A stretch of 64,000 nt of DNA from a virus: positions 1-64,000 of IMG/VR virus record IMGVR_UViG_3300022864_000001; one strand, 5' to 3'. Of this stretch, positions 9,561 through 20,674 are shown one piece after another; the stretch's first letter is position 1; each line of letters starts with the position of its first letter. The position numbers and the translations under genes are program-made. The notes under the pieces are model-generated. The model had not been told where the DNA came from. It made no database searches and worked only from the letters and a program-made list of their open reading frames with translations.

Positions 9561-9866
9561 ATGCCAAAGCGAATCCAACGCAAGCGAGCGAAGGGCTGGC
9601 GGATGCCGCCAGGCGCAATCTACGTGGGCGATCCCACGATTTACGCCAACCATGCCTCTTGGCGAGCAATGGGGCGCGCAGGGGCCACAGAATGGTTCCG
9701 CCGAGAGACTATCCCCCATTGGCAGAGCGACGCCCCAGACGACTTTCGGCAGCGGCTCGATGAGCTCCGGGGCCACGACCTGGTTTGCTGGTGTCCACTA
9801 ACTGACGACGATGGCAATCCGGTTCCCTGTCATGCTGATGTGTGGTTGGAACTAGCAAACCCATGA
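9561..9866 (+). CDS. DUF4326 family protein
   Basis: PKRIQRKRAKGWRMP..AIYVG.P..LRGHDLVCWC..PCHADV. Confidence 0.85.
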   Translation: MPKRIQRKRAKGWRMPPGAIYVGDPTIYANHASWRAMGRAGATEWFRRETIPHWQSDAPDDFRQRLDELRGHDLVCWCPLTDDDGNPVPCHADVWLELANP

Positions 9867-10228
9867 GTGCCTGGAACGCTATTCCTGCGGGGCAACCGTT
9901 GGGCGAAACACGTCGCGATCTCATAGGTATTCATTTTGCCCTGAACGAACCGTGCTCCTGCGGGTGCGGAAATCCCATCCGCGAGCCGGTGAACATGCAC
10001 CACGGCGTCTTGCCTAAAGCAAAGTGGCGGTACGTATCCAAAGAAAACTGGGATGTTCGGGACCACCCGTGCAATCTGTTTGTAATCAACGCGGAATGCC
10101 ACGACAACCATCCAGGGCCTAGGTTCTTCTGGGCTTTGGCTGTCAAGAGGTATGGGGAGAAAGCGGTTCGTGCGTGGTATCAGGAGGCACAGAGGTGCTT
10201 CAAGAGCACATTGGAGGACTATTCGTGA
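9863..10228 (+). CDS. Zn/HNH-like (NinG-like) protein
   Basis: CSCGC, HH, NLF..CH motifs. Confidence 0.45.
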   Translation: MSAWNAIPAGQPLGETRRDLIGIHFALNEPCSCGCGNPIREPVNMHHGVLPKAKWRYVSKENWDVRDHPCNLFVINAECHDNHPGPRFFWALAVKRYGEKAVRAWYQEAQRCFKSTLEDYS

Positions 10229-12313
10229 ACACATCGCCATTTATGAGAAAGTGCGCTTACTGTGGCGCGGCAGCAACCGGTATGGATGCAATAGGGTTGC
10301 CAGCCTGTTGGGACCATCAGGGCGAGGCCGACGAGTACTTTGAGCAGCGCATGGACCGTTCGCCCCACGAGGATACTTACCTGCACTGCGACGAGCACGG
10401 TGATGCCTGGGCGCCTGGCTGTAAGCGTTGCGAGGCATGTTCACAGCACCACTACGGGATGCCAGTGAGCGACTTCCTCGCATCACCAGCTAGCGAGATA
10501 ACAATCTTCACCATTGACAAACGGCAATGATTGTGTCACAATACAATCGATTGGAGGCGACAATGACAGAATTGACATGGCGCGGCAGACCACTTAAAGA
10601 GTTGTCGCGTGAGAACCTTATACGGGTAGTGACAGAGCAACATACTGTAGCAACACGTATGGCAGAGAGGGCATATACACGCCAGAAAGAGCGGGCGGCG
10701 GTGAGCGTTGACGGGAAAAGGGCAATGACTGATACGGGGTGGACATGGTACGGGGAAGCTGTAGAAGAAATGACCCGCGAAGAGCTCATAGCGGCATTGG
10801 CTAAATTGAATGAGATGTATTGCAATCTAATCACACAATGCCACGAGCAATACGGGCCACAGGGCAGCATAGCGAACAGAGCCATGACGATGTCGCGCCA
10901 GTTGCGAGAGTTGTTGGCTTGGTAGTCCCAGGGTACAATCGATTGGACACCCAACGTGATTTCATGGACACATCACAGCAACGAGGGCATTGCATGTACA
11001 CATTCGGAGAAATCGTGGAACATCCGCATCCTGCGATACCAAATCTTTACACCTACATCGCGCCCATAGGTGTCAGGGGATTCTCGCTGTGTTACCGCAT
11101 CCGGCGCCTAACAGGGGCTGATGGTGGGTCGCTAGATTTCGGCCTTGGCTGGGCATATTGGCTAAGAGGGGCATGGGAGTTAGACTGATGGAAAAGACAA
11201 TTACTTTCTTGGGCGTAGAGAGCATCCAATACGTCTTCACGGAGGGTGAAGTCGCAGAAGCGCTGATGGAGAAGTACCAAATCAAGCATAGTTACGACTG
11301 CGAGTTTGCTTTTTATGAGCCGTTTGATGAAAAGCCTGCTCGTGCTGTACTGGTAATCAGATATACAAAGCCAGTAGAGGAGAAGATATGACCGAGTCTT
11401 TGCACAAAGAGTCTGAAGGCGCATATACGGGCTCAGTGCGAGCAACATGGGTATGGGTAGAAGTGCCAGAAGTGCCGCTTGAAGAGTATACCCGCGAGGA
11501 GCTTGAAGCCGCCATAGAAAAGTGCCGCGAGATGCCCGACTGGAGGCAGGCGCGGGCCGAAGCAAAGTGTTGGAAGACACACGCTGTCAAGCTGGCAGAT
11601 GTATTGCGTCAATATAGTAATGCGAGTCCGGCCCTTACCTACTTCGATGAAGCACTAGCATGGTCTAACGGAGAGAAGACATGGCCAAGAACATAGATGA
11701 CATGACACTTGAAGAACTTCGCAAGGCGGTGAAGGACAAGGTTACAGAGTACTTACGCCATGGGCACACAGACACCTCGGGGGACTGGTCTGCCACCCCC
11801 GCTGCTTATAAAGAGGCTATAGCCTTAGAGGAAGACAAGATAGTTGATGAATGCTTAGAAATAATAAGGAGACCCATCAGGAAGCCAGTGGCGCCTGTAA
11901 CCGTGGTTACTAAATGCAGGAATGCTACACTTGTCTCCTGCCCCGTATGTGGACACCCATGCAGGCATGATAGGTTGCTGCCAATGAGTGTGTCAAACAT
12001 GCTCTCGCGCCTCATCGCTTTCGCCGGGGAACACCAGGAGGAGACATGACCAGGAACACAGACGACACCCCGCATGAAGTGGCTGACTGGGAAGATGGGT
12101 TCCCCCCATGCAAGCATGATGACGTATGGGAGATTGGCTGCGAACGCTGCGAGGAGTGCGCGCAGTACTATTACGCGATGTCAGTAGCTGAACTCTTGGC
12201 GACGGAAGAGTGACAACGGAATTACACTCAAAATATGAGAAAATTCTCTGGGGGAGAAATATGAATTCAAAAATTCGCGACACATGCCGTGGGGCAAAAT
12301 TGGAGGAGACAAC

Positions 12314-12649
12314 ATGCAAGTGATCCTGAACCCTGGCACAGGGCCAGTAACCAACGCCACAGAAGCCAACGCCACCGAAAACATCAAGCACTTCCTGGCC
12401 GACGTTGGTATACCCAATATCAATTGGATGCGGGCCCCTAAGATGGACTACGGCGAGGGCCGGTATGCTTTCCTGCTCTGGAAGGGCAACCAGTGCTCCG
12501 AGGTCCAGATGCCGGGGCTACCCCTGGAACGTGTCAGGTTCATGGAAAACGAGGGGCAAAACATCTTTGACTTCCCCCGGCTGTACGTGGACAACGGCTC
12601 GTGGATATGGTGTATTGCTATCGATTGTGTTTTTGCAGACGAGGACTGA
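12314..12649 (+). CDS. conserved phage hypothetical protein
   Basis: GGAGG RBS; NPGTGP..MPGLPLERVR..FDFPRLYVD.SW. Confidence 0.7.
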   Translation: MQVILNPGTGPVTNATEANATENIKHFLADVGIPNINWMRAPKMDYGEGRYAFLLWKGNQCSEVQMPGLPLERVRFMENEGQNIFDFPRLYVDNGSWIWCIAIDCVFADED

Positions 12650-13228
12650 CTTGCGCGTAACAGTATACAAAGACAGCGACAGGTATCTGGCGCTGATAGC
12701 TGACGGCTGGTGGATGGCCTACGGTACGACGGCCAAGCAGGCACTCAAGAGGGTACTCAAGAGATACGAGCGGGAAATGAGACACAGGCTGACCAGGGAG
12801 GATATGCGATGGAATGGATTGCAGTTGAGCGTGGGTTTGTGAAAAACAAGCTGTACCTACTATGTGGGCGAAACTATTGGGGCGAAAACGTAATGGACTT
12901 TGGCTTCTGGAATGGCGACGAATGGGACTTGGCAACTAACAACTTTGAACCCCAGTTCTATGCCGTGATAGAATGGCCGCCAGAGTTGGAGGAGACTGAT
13001 GGAGAAGCTAACTGAACTAAGAACTTACAGGGTTGATTTGGTCTGTGCACAGTGCGGGAAGGGCCGCATGATTCAAACAGGGGAGCTCCCCACCGACTAC
13101 CCACCGCGGTTCCCACACCGATGCTCGACGTGTGGCTGTGAGAAGAGATTTGATCATATCTATCCTCGATATACAGAGAAGGACGTAGAGGTAAGTAACG
13201 TGGCCACCGCTGAGCAAGGAGGAGACTG

Positions 13229-13435
13229 ATGGAAGACCTGATTGAAGCGCTACAGATATTCTTGAAATATAGAAACAAGAAGTTCCCCACGCATTGCGAA
13301 CATGACATCCTGTACGTTTGCGGGATTGACCAAGCCGCGGTGTCAGGCGAGGATAAGTTTAGGCTTGCAGAGCTTGGTTTCCTTCTTGACCCCGAGGGCA
13401 TAGGGTTCATGTCGTATCATTACGGCGCGTGCTAA
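13229..13435 (+). CDS. small phage protein (paralogue of 36324..36536)
   Basis: MEDLIEALQIFLKY..PTHCEHD..GF. Confidence 0.75.
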   Translation: MEDLIEALQIFLKYRNKKFPTHCEHDILYVCGIDQAAVSGEDKFRLAELGFLLDPEGIGFMSYHYGAC

Positions 13436-13436
13436 C

Positions 13437-13642
13437 GTTGCACACTTGAGGAGACGACGTGACCAATAACATAGACGACATAACGCGCGAGGAATTCGCT
13501 GAGGCATGGGCCGAGATGCCCTGGTGGTACAGGGAATATCTCTATTCAAAGGCAGTCTTTTCACTACTGCCATACTACTGCCTACCCGCGTGGCTGACAC
13601 TGCTCGCGTTGCTGGCCATTGTAGCAGTTGCACACTTGAGGA
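13437..13642 (+). repeat. 16-bp direct repeat GTTGCACACTTGAGGA around ORF 13459..13653
   Basis: Copies at 13437-13452 and 13627-13642 (second copy overlaps the ORF 3' end). Confidence 0.7.
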
Positions 13643-13684
13643 CTGGGATTTGACGCACCAACATAAGCGACAGGGAGATATGCC

Positions 13685-14068
13685 ATGAAGAGATTCGTAG
13701 CCTTTCTTATTTTTTGCATTGCTTTGACATCGTGTGGCAACGCGTGCGACACTGATGAATATTTCACCACAGTAAGCCCGTTGCTCCAAGAGTGGGACGA
13801 CATAGTTAGTATAGCACATAGAACGTCACGGATTGCCCTACCCAGTGTGCTTTCTAATCTACAAAGTATCAAGCGACGTACCGAGCGCCTCGAAATCCCA
13901 GGGTGCTTTGAAGATGCCCACTCGTTCCTGATAAAAGACATGCACTATACCATCGAGGGCTTTCTAGCATTCGCCGGGAGCGCAGACGACGCGACCATAA
14001 GTCAGAAGTTCGGCCTGGCCCAGACCAATGGCGAGACGTGGCTGCTAAGATTGACATCTGCAAAATGA
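13685..14068 (+). CDS. putative lipoprotein
   Basis: MKRF + hydrophobic + LTSC lipobox. Confidence 0.7.
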   Translation: MKRFVAFLIFCIALTSCGNACDTDEYFTTVSPLLQEWDDIVSIAHRTSRIALPSVLSNLQSIKRRTERLEIPGCFEDAHSFLIKDMHYTIEGFLAFAGSADDATISQKFGLAQTNGETWLLRLTSAK

Positions 14069-14089
14069 ACATAACGCACACTCTGTAAT

Positions 14090-14118
14090 TTGACAAAATC
14101 GCGAATCTGTGGTATAAT
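14090..14118 (+). promoter_or_regulatory. promoter of GIY-YIG cassette C
   Basis: TTGACA-17-TATAAT. Confidence 0.85.
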
Positions 14119-14360
14119 GCAAAAGTGCCAGAATTGGAAAAGGGCTTTCTTTCTGCAGAAGGCTCAATATAACAATCGTAGAATAACCCCTACGTGCGAC
14201 GGCTCTCTTCCGACTCTGGCACACAGACAGGCTGACTGCATCGCGTGCGTAGGGGTTTTCTGTATCAACAGGGGATGCAGAAAATGACAAAGGGTACTTA
14301 TGAGATTAAGAACAGGTTGGATGGGATGGCGTATGGGGGGAGTTCTGGGGACATTGAGCA
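14106..14360 (+). repeat. 255-bp exact direct repeat, copy 2
   Basis: Identical to 2748-3002. Confidence 0.9.
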
Positions 14361-14925
14361 ACGGTGGATGGCACACCTCTGGATGCTTCGCAACGACAGA
14401 CATCACTGTGCGCATCTACAGAATGCGTGGAACAAGTATGGTGAGGACGTGTTTGAATTTAGCGTGCTTGAAGTGATTGAAGACCCAGATGAGCGTTTGG
14501 CGGCTGAACAGGCGTGGCTTGACATACATCACGCCAACAAGACTTGCTACAACGTTGCCATTACAGCGGGGCCAGCAGGGCCTATGGCAGAAGAGACCAA
14601 GCAAAAGCTAAGCGCGGCGCACAAGGGCAAGAAGCATACTGATGAGCACAGGCGCAATAATAGCAATGCCAAGATGGGACACGCAACTTCTCCAGAGACT
14701 CGCAAGAAACTAAGCAAGGCAGGCATGGGGCGCGTAGTCTCTGAGGAGACACGCCAAAAGTTGCGCGACAGGGAGTACACCGAAGAAGCGCTCTGCAACA
14801 TGAGCGACGCCCAGCGCGAATACTCCGCAGCCAGGCGCAAGTGGCTTGTTGGCTGTGACACCAGGTGGTATTTTGACGAGTTTGATGAGGACGATTTAGA
14901 ATACAGAAGGAGTCTGGGAAGATGA
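14284..14925 (+). CDS. GIY-YIG homing endonuclease with NUMOD3 repeats (C)
   Basis: Same N-terminal domain as A/B/D; EET(K/R)(Q/K)KLS repeats. Confidence 0.9.
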   Translation: MTKGTYEIKNRLDGMAYGGSSGDIEQRWMAHLWMLRNDRHHCAHLQNAWNKYGEDVFEFSVLEVIEDPDERLAAEQAWLDIHHANKTCYNVAITAGPAGPMAEETKQKLSAAHKGKKHTDEHRRNNSNAKMGHATSPETRKKLSKAGMGRVVSEETRQKLRDREYTEEALCNMSDAQREYSAARRKWLVGCDTRWYFDEFDEDDLEYRRSLGR

Positions 14926-14967
14926 GAAGGCACAAAGACAACGCGGCGCGGAACGAGGAGATCTAAT

Positions 14968-16263
14968 ATGGGGCGCAATCTATACGAAATAACACCACAA
15001 GGCGGGATAAAGTTCACGTCTCGCCGCATGGGACAGGTAAGAGTAGCCAACTATGTCTACGATATCTGGCTGCCTATCCTGGGCGCGAAGGGAGTAGCAG
15101 TGTATAGCGTATACTGCCGGTTAGAACGCGAGGGGGTAGTCAAGGCTATTACACAGGCAGACTTGGCGCGGGCCTGCCGAATAGGGCCAGACACGTTGCG
15201 GGGGATAAATGAGCAGCTTGAAGAGTGTGGATTTGTCAAGATTACAAAGCCAACAGCCTACAAGCGACTGATGCATTGGACGACCGAAGTTGAAGTATAC
15301 GACCCGCCAACAGAAGTGCCAGCAGAAATCGTGGAAAAGTACCAACACCGCCAGGGCTATAAAGCATTGTCCACTTGGCTCGTAGCCCCCGAAACAGTAG
15401 GCCAGCAACTACCTAGTATTTCCGAGGAAACTAACCAGTCGCTTGACGAGCAACTGCCTAGTTGTCCCAACGTTGTATCCCTTGGGTTGAATACCTTGGA
15501 TGTTGCAAACACTACGACTAACGTCGTGGGGCAAGAAAACAACAATAAGACCCACGTTGACGTAGTAAAGAGCATTACACCTACCAACGTAGAAGTCACA
15601 CCAACCCACGTTGGGGACAAAGCAACTGGGCGTGTTCTGGGGGAGAGCATACAACTCTTGGAAGACGGCATCGAGATAGAGGGGCCATTCGATGTTGAGT
15701 TTATAGAGATGGCTGAACCAGACCACGTTGAGGACAGGGGGGCGGGTTTTCTCATGCCTGATGGGAGGTACATTACGCAAGACCAGCTCACGGCAGACCT
15801 CGCGCCTGATGGTTATCCGCGCGACTGCGAGGAGATTTTCGAGTTCGCAACGCCAGCCCCTCGCGTTCAGCGCACAAAAGTTGAGCGTGAGGCCATCATC
15901 GCTAGGGCTATGGACACCTATCAGCACAAGCATTCGTTGGGCGGTGAGAGCGAAATCGCCCAGACCTGGGCCAACGTACCAACCGCGCAAGGTGTCATCC
16001 TAACCTGTTTCCACCGACTCAGCGGCATGGCAGAGCCTGTCACGAAATCGCGGCGTGACAGCGCGACACATGCTGCTGAAGTTTTATACAAAGAAATCGG
16101 ATCAGCCCGCGACGTCTGCAAGAGGCTAGACGCGTTTTTCGCTGAGCGTGCCAAGGGCGAGAAGTATCAGTTTGACATCGTGAGTTTGCACAGCCTCGTG
16201 AATACGTTGTGCGCGATGCAGGAACAGGCGGCTGGACCGAAGATTATCAGGGTGGGGGGATAG
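14968..16263 (+). CDS. putative replication initiator (N-terminal winged HTH)
   Basis: VYSVYC..TQADLARACRIGPDTLR..LEECGFV; low-complexity linker; position in replication arm. Confidence 0.6.
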   Translation: MGRNLYEITPQGGIKFTSRRMGQVRVANYVYDIWLPILGAKGVAVYSVYCRLEREGVVKAITQADLARACRIGPDTLRGINEQLEECGFVKITKPTAYKRLMHWTTEVEVYDPPTEVPAEIVEKYQHRQGYKALSTWLVAPETVGQQLPSISEETNQSLDEQLPSCPNVVSLGLNTLDVANTTTNVVGQENNNKTHVDVVKSITPTNVEVTPTHVGDKATGRVLGESIQLLEDGIEIEGPFDVEFIEMAEPDHVEDRGAGFLMPDGRYITQDQLTADLAPDGYPRDCEEIFEFATPAPRVQRTKVEREAIIARAMDTYQHKHSLGGESEIAQTWANVPTAQGVILTCFHRLSGMAEPVTKSRRDSATHAAEVLYKEIGSARDVCKRLDAFFAERAKGEKYQFDIVSLHSLVNTLCAMQEQAAGPKIIRVGG

Positions 16264-16265
16264 AC

Positions 16266-16844
16266 ATGGCTGAGATATGGAAAGTGTGTCGGGTAGATGC
16301 GGGCGGTACGTGGCGGAGTGCTATGGCAGATACGCCAAGCCTGCGCAGGCTTGGGCTGGACTTGGCGTATTGCTTACATGAGGAGACTGTAGCCCCAGAG
16401 GGGACTGTTGGAATTGTGGCCTTCTCTATACAGGAGGGGGCGGAGGGGTGGGGCGCTAGCCGCCTTGACTCATTCGTTGTTTTGCGGTGTACTACCGACC
16501 ACGACCCCGAACCGATTGATGCGTTATTGAGATTTTCTGCCTGGTGTCTATGGCGATGGGGAAAGAGGTTCTTGCGTGGGAGAGTGTCCCCTGACTGCCC
16601 TATAATACCTGTTCCACCAGGCACAGTAACCGTTCCTAGTCTAACGCCAGTTGAGTGTGTGTGGAGGAGTGACGATGAGTGGAGAACTTGCGATTATCAG
16701 CGACGCGGGTTTTGTTTCAGGGCAAGATGGCGGGGTGACATTAGACCTTACTGTGAATATGCTGGGTGGGCCAGCCATAGCATCAGTTCCCTTCGTGCTA
16801 GGCGCGAACTTTGTAAGCGATGCGAGTATATGCAATGTCTATAG
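16266..16844 (+). CDS. hypothetical protein (paralogue of 28852..29262)
   Basis: Shared IWKVC.V..SA..T.A..GT.GI..F and VP.GTVTVPSLT. Confidence 0.7.
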   Translation: MAEIWKVCRVDAGGTWRSAMADTPSLRRLGLDLAYCLHEETVAPEGTVGIVAFSIQEGAEGWGASRLDSFVVLRCTTDHDPEPIDALLRFSAWCLWRWGKRFLRGRVSPDCPIIPVPPGTVTVPSLTPVECVWRSDDEWRTCDYQRRGFCFRARWRGDIRPYCEYAGWASHSISSLRARRELCKRCEYMQCL

Positions 16845-16940
16845 CATCGAAGGGATGGCTTGCATTGTAGAGACTATAGGCGACCACGTTCAGTTCGTTG
16901 AGCTATTCAAGCCTGTTGCACAATTACAAGGAGAGCAAAA

Positions 16941-17285
16941 ATGATGTTTGGCACGGGAGAACATCTGTCTACTGAGGGATGGGACCCAGAATGCGCGGCT
17001 TTATGCCAGGCCATTAATTTAATTGAAGGCATAGAGACATGTGAATCTTGCTGCGGTCACGGGAAAAGCCCGTACAGAATTTGGTTCTACGCAAGGTGTC
17101 TCTGCCGCCTGCCATACGTGGCGTGTTGGTTTCAGTACGGGTGGCGGGTTACTGTACAAACAGACGACGATCTGTCGCCGGCGTGGTTTATGATTGAGGG
17201 ACCTGCTGGGGCATACGACGAGGCCGACGAGATTGCTGGGCTGATTCGAGAAGTCATTCAAGGAGATGAAGATGTACAAACCTAA
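16941..17285 (+). CDS. hypothetical protein, Tyw3-like N-terminal motif
   Basis: DPEC..L..AIN..IETCESCCGH resembles Tyw3 D..I..IN..TTSSCSGR. Confidence 0.4.
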   Translation: MMFGTGEHLSTEGWDPECAALCQAINLIEGIETCESCCGHGKSPYRIWFYARCLCRLPYVACWFQYGWRVTVQTDDDLSPAWFMIEGPAGAYDEADEIAGLIREVIQGDEDVQT

Positions 17286-18001
17286 AGCCGGTGATCGGGT
17301 AGAGTTCGTTGGGGCTGATTGGTACTATGGTGCCGTGCTCACAGGAGACCGGGGGACGGTTATGGAAGACGACAAGGGCCTGGCCTACGTCTTGTGGAGG
17401 GATAAGCATAGCATCCCGCCGTGGTCTCTGTGTCGGCGCATAGATGAGGAGATAGTTATGCCAAAAGTGGGCGACAGGGCAGAAGTGGCATCTCCCACAG
17501 AGCAATGGCTAGACGCGTGCAAAGACTTTTATGGCCGCGTGTACTCCCACTGTACAAGCGCCAACATAGATAGTCTTGCCCACGAGTTGCACCGCAAGCA
17601 CGTTGAGTTGTTCCCGCCACCAGAAACCAAAGACCCCGTTTGTCCTAAGTGCGGTTGTGGCGAAACAACTGTATGGTATTGTGACGGTAAGCGCCTAAAT
17701 CCAGAAGCTCTTTGCTTCAAGCGCGCTCGTGGCGATGAACATATGCACCGCTTCTGTGCAAATTGTGACTATGAGTGGCTAGAACCGTGTCTGGATGCGA
17801 AATGATGGACACAGCCAACACGGAAACTGCGCGGGCAATAGTGGCACAGAATATGTTCAGATACATCGTGCACTTAGAGAAGGCCCTGGAGAGAATAGCG
17901 ACCGTTTACGATTGGCACGGCAAGATACCCGACGATAGTTACGTAGGTGAGAGCGTTGCGCTCTACGATTGCATTGATATTGCTAAAGAGGCATTGAGTA
18001 C

Positions 18002-18478
18002 ATGATCTGGCACGACACCCTCATCCGCGAATGGGCCGAAGCAGGCGGAGTAACCCCATACGACGCCAACTGCGTCAATCCCGCGTCACTGGACTTGAGG
18101 CTGGGCAACAAGTTCATAGACCTGGCAACGATGTTGCCGTTTACCGCGGAGAAGATAACACTCGTTCACGGCGACGCTATTCTGGCGACCACGTTAGAGT
18201 ACATCAAGATGCCCGCCAACATTGCCGGAAGCATCTACCTGAAATCGACATTGGCACGCCGGGGGTTGGACCATTCCCTGGCCGGATGGGTTGATTGCGA
18301 ATTTTCGGGGACCCTGACGCTTGAATTACACGCTCACCGTCCCATTGAACTGTACGCAGGCCAACGTGTGTTGCAGATGGTGTTTCATGTGACTGTTGGT
18401 ATTCCCTCTGTGGGTTATCGTGGACGTTACATGGGGCAGACAGGGCCTACACCAGCACGACTTGACACAGTGCCGTAG
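18002..18478 (+). CDS. dcd: dCTP deaminase
   Basis: NPASLDLRLG, LATTLEYIKMP, KSTLARRGL, GWVD..FSGTLTLE, GRYMGQ. Confidence 0.9.
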   Translation: MIWHDTLIREWAEAGGVTPYDANCVNPASLDLRLGNKFIDLATMLPFTAEKITLVHGDAILATTLEYIKMPANIAGSIYLKSTLARRGLDHSLAGWVDCEFSGTLTLELHAHRPIELYAGQRVLQMVFHVTVGIPSVGYRGRYMGQTGPTPARLDTVP

Positions 18479-18490
18479 CTGTGCTATAAT
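18462..18490 (+). promoter_or_regulatory. sigma70-type promoter followed by palindrome copy at 18503
   Basis: TTGACA-17-TATAAT. Confidence 0.8.
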
Positions 18491-19898
18491 GGGGGCAGAA
18501 GAAGTCTTTGCGCAAAGAGATGCCAAGGAGGCAACGATGAAGCAAACACTAAAGCAGGTCTTGGTTCTGAAGCAGCGATACTGCGAGATGTGGCGGGATA
18601 AACCAGACGAATACTGGTATGCGCGAACGGCAGAGGAGATGCTAGAACTGTCGCTGGCGCTTCGTAACCAGCACGAGCATACACCAGATACTGAGCTAAC
18701 GCAGATCGCGTCTATTTGCCTCAACTGGCTGGAAATGCGACAAGACAGGGAGATAGCCAATGCAAGTTAATCAGGCAATGCTAGGAGTATTTCTTATTGG
18801 GCTGATGCTGGGCATTGTCGTCATGGGCTTCGCTATGGGGGCTGTGGTTGACACGGCATACGCCGCCCTGCGTGCCAAGAATAGTCTAATAGCAAAGCTG
18901 CGGAGGCAACATGAGTAATCTGCTGCGCAAGTTCATCTACTGGGCTTTTAACCGACACTGCGCCCAATTGCACAATGCTGATTATGAAGTCTGCCGCGAT
19001 TTCTGGTGTTGGTTAGCCTACAAACTGGAAGGATGTGTGGAGTTGCCATGACTATACCCAAGGGAGCGATGAGCAAAAGGGTCTACGGGCGCCTGTCAAC
19101 CGACCCCGAACGGTTACGGCTGCTGGAGGCCGTGGCTGAGGCAAGTAAGGCGGAGGCGCGGCGCGCATCTAGTCTCATGGGCGACGAAGGGATGGCTTTC
19201 GCTGAGTATATCTCCAAGCACGGCAGGGGCCATTGCAACACTTTCCGCGCTATGCTAGAAGCCCTGACTGCGCTGGAGGCATACGATGGGCATCACAGTG
19301 ACTGATGGCCCCGTTTCTATCCAGACCGGGGGCGTGCTAGAAGACCCGCGAGCATTTGTATTTACATGTGATTGGGACTTAGACGAAGCTAACACTATAC
19401 GCGTGTCTATGCATTCCGATATGGGCCTGTGGGTTCTATGTCGCATCGCTGAACAACTGTATCCGCGCAATAAGTATCCCGTTGAGATTAGGCTGCGTGG
19501 CCTGCTGCGTGTCAAAGAGGAAGAAGACTGAAAGTCTTTGCGCAAAGAGACTGAGGAGAAGATATGACTGAACACGAAAGGACATGGACAGTAGTACTGT
19601 TTGTCGTAATAGCAATATTTGCTGGTACGATTGGCGTAGCGGCATGGATTCAGGAGTGCCTAACCCCGACTGACCCAAGCGGCTGTGTCTGTAACGAGTT
19701 CCTTGGCGAATGCGATGTATACGTCCGCATTCTATCAGACACAATGGTTAAGGTGTGGGCAGATGCGTCACCAGAGGAGTTGGCAGATATAGCAGGCATT
19801 ACAAAGGTGTGGGACGACGGGCAGATTCTGATACGAGACCCTCGGCACAGTTGGCAGGGTATCGTGGATGACATCTGCGCCTTGGCGGAGGAAAAGAA

Positions 19899-20279
19899 AT
19901 GAAGATCACATCAGACTATCTACGCCAACGCGACGCCTGTGAAGACCAACTCGCTATCTTTGAAGCTGAATGGCCTGATGGCGCAGAATTGACACCGGAG
20001 AATCTGCTGCGGGCTGCTGACTTGGGGCTTAGCACAGACTGGCTTGTGCCATATGTATTGTCCTCGCTAGAACTAAATCGCTTCTACGCTGCTATTAGGC
20101 CCGCCCGCCTGCGATATTATGTCAATACCCGCAATGCCGTGAAGGCATACGAGAACTGTGCCGAGGGTGTCACGGGGGCGTACCAAACTTACCAAAAAGC
20201 AAGCGCGCCCTTTAGGCGGGCCTTCAGCAAAGCAGCTGCCCACGCGCTCATTGAGTCGCTGGAGGAAGAGGCGACATGA
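19899..20279 (+). CDS. EWP(N/D)G paralogue (3 of 4)
   Basis: MKITSDYLRQRDACEDQLAIFEAEWPDG. Confidence 0.75.
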   Translation: MKITSDYLRQRDACEDQLAIFEAEWPDGAELTPENLLRAADLGLSTDWLVPYVLSSLELNRFYAAIRPARLRYYVNTRNAVKAYENCAEGVTGAYQTYQKASAPFRRAFSKAAAHALIESLEEEAT

Positions 20280-20674
20280 AAATCTCACCCAAGTTTCTAC
20301 GAGAGCTCAACGCGTGTAAAGACCAAGTCGCTATCTTTGAAATCGAGTGGCCCAATGGGGTTGAACTGACGTTGGACAACCTGCTGCGGGCTGTCGAGTT
20401 GGGGCTGGATACAGGGTGGCTTGCGCAGCGTGTTTTGCTGACTGCGGGCTATAGCATGTACGGTGCCAGGTGGCTACATTATCGTTCAGCCCTAGACCCT
20501 GCCTATGCAATATACAACGCTGCCATTGAGGATATATACGAGGCATTCCTTAGCGATCCTCTCGCGCTGCACGGTGGCGAACTACCCAGAGGAGCAGTGG
20601 TAGGGCACCGCGCTATTTTGTACAAAGCAATCGCCCACGCGCTTGTGGAGGCACTGGAGGAGAGCAGTGACTGA
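20276..20674 (+). CDS. EWPNG paralogue (4 of 4), tandem with previous
   Basis: MKISPKFLRELNACKDQVAIFEIEWPNG. Confidence 0.75.
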   Translation: MKISPKFLRELNACKDQVAIFEIEWPNGVELTLDNLLRAVELGLDTGWLAQRVLLTAGYSMYGARWLHYRSALDPAYAIYNAAIEDIYEAFLSDPLALHGGELPRGAVVGHRAILYKAIAHALVEALEESSD

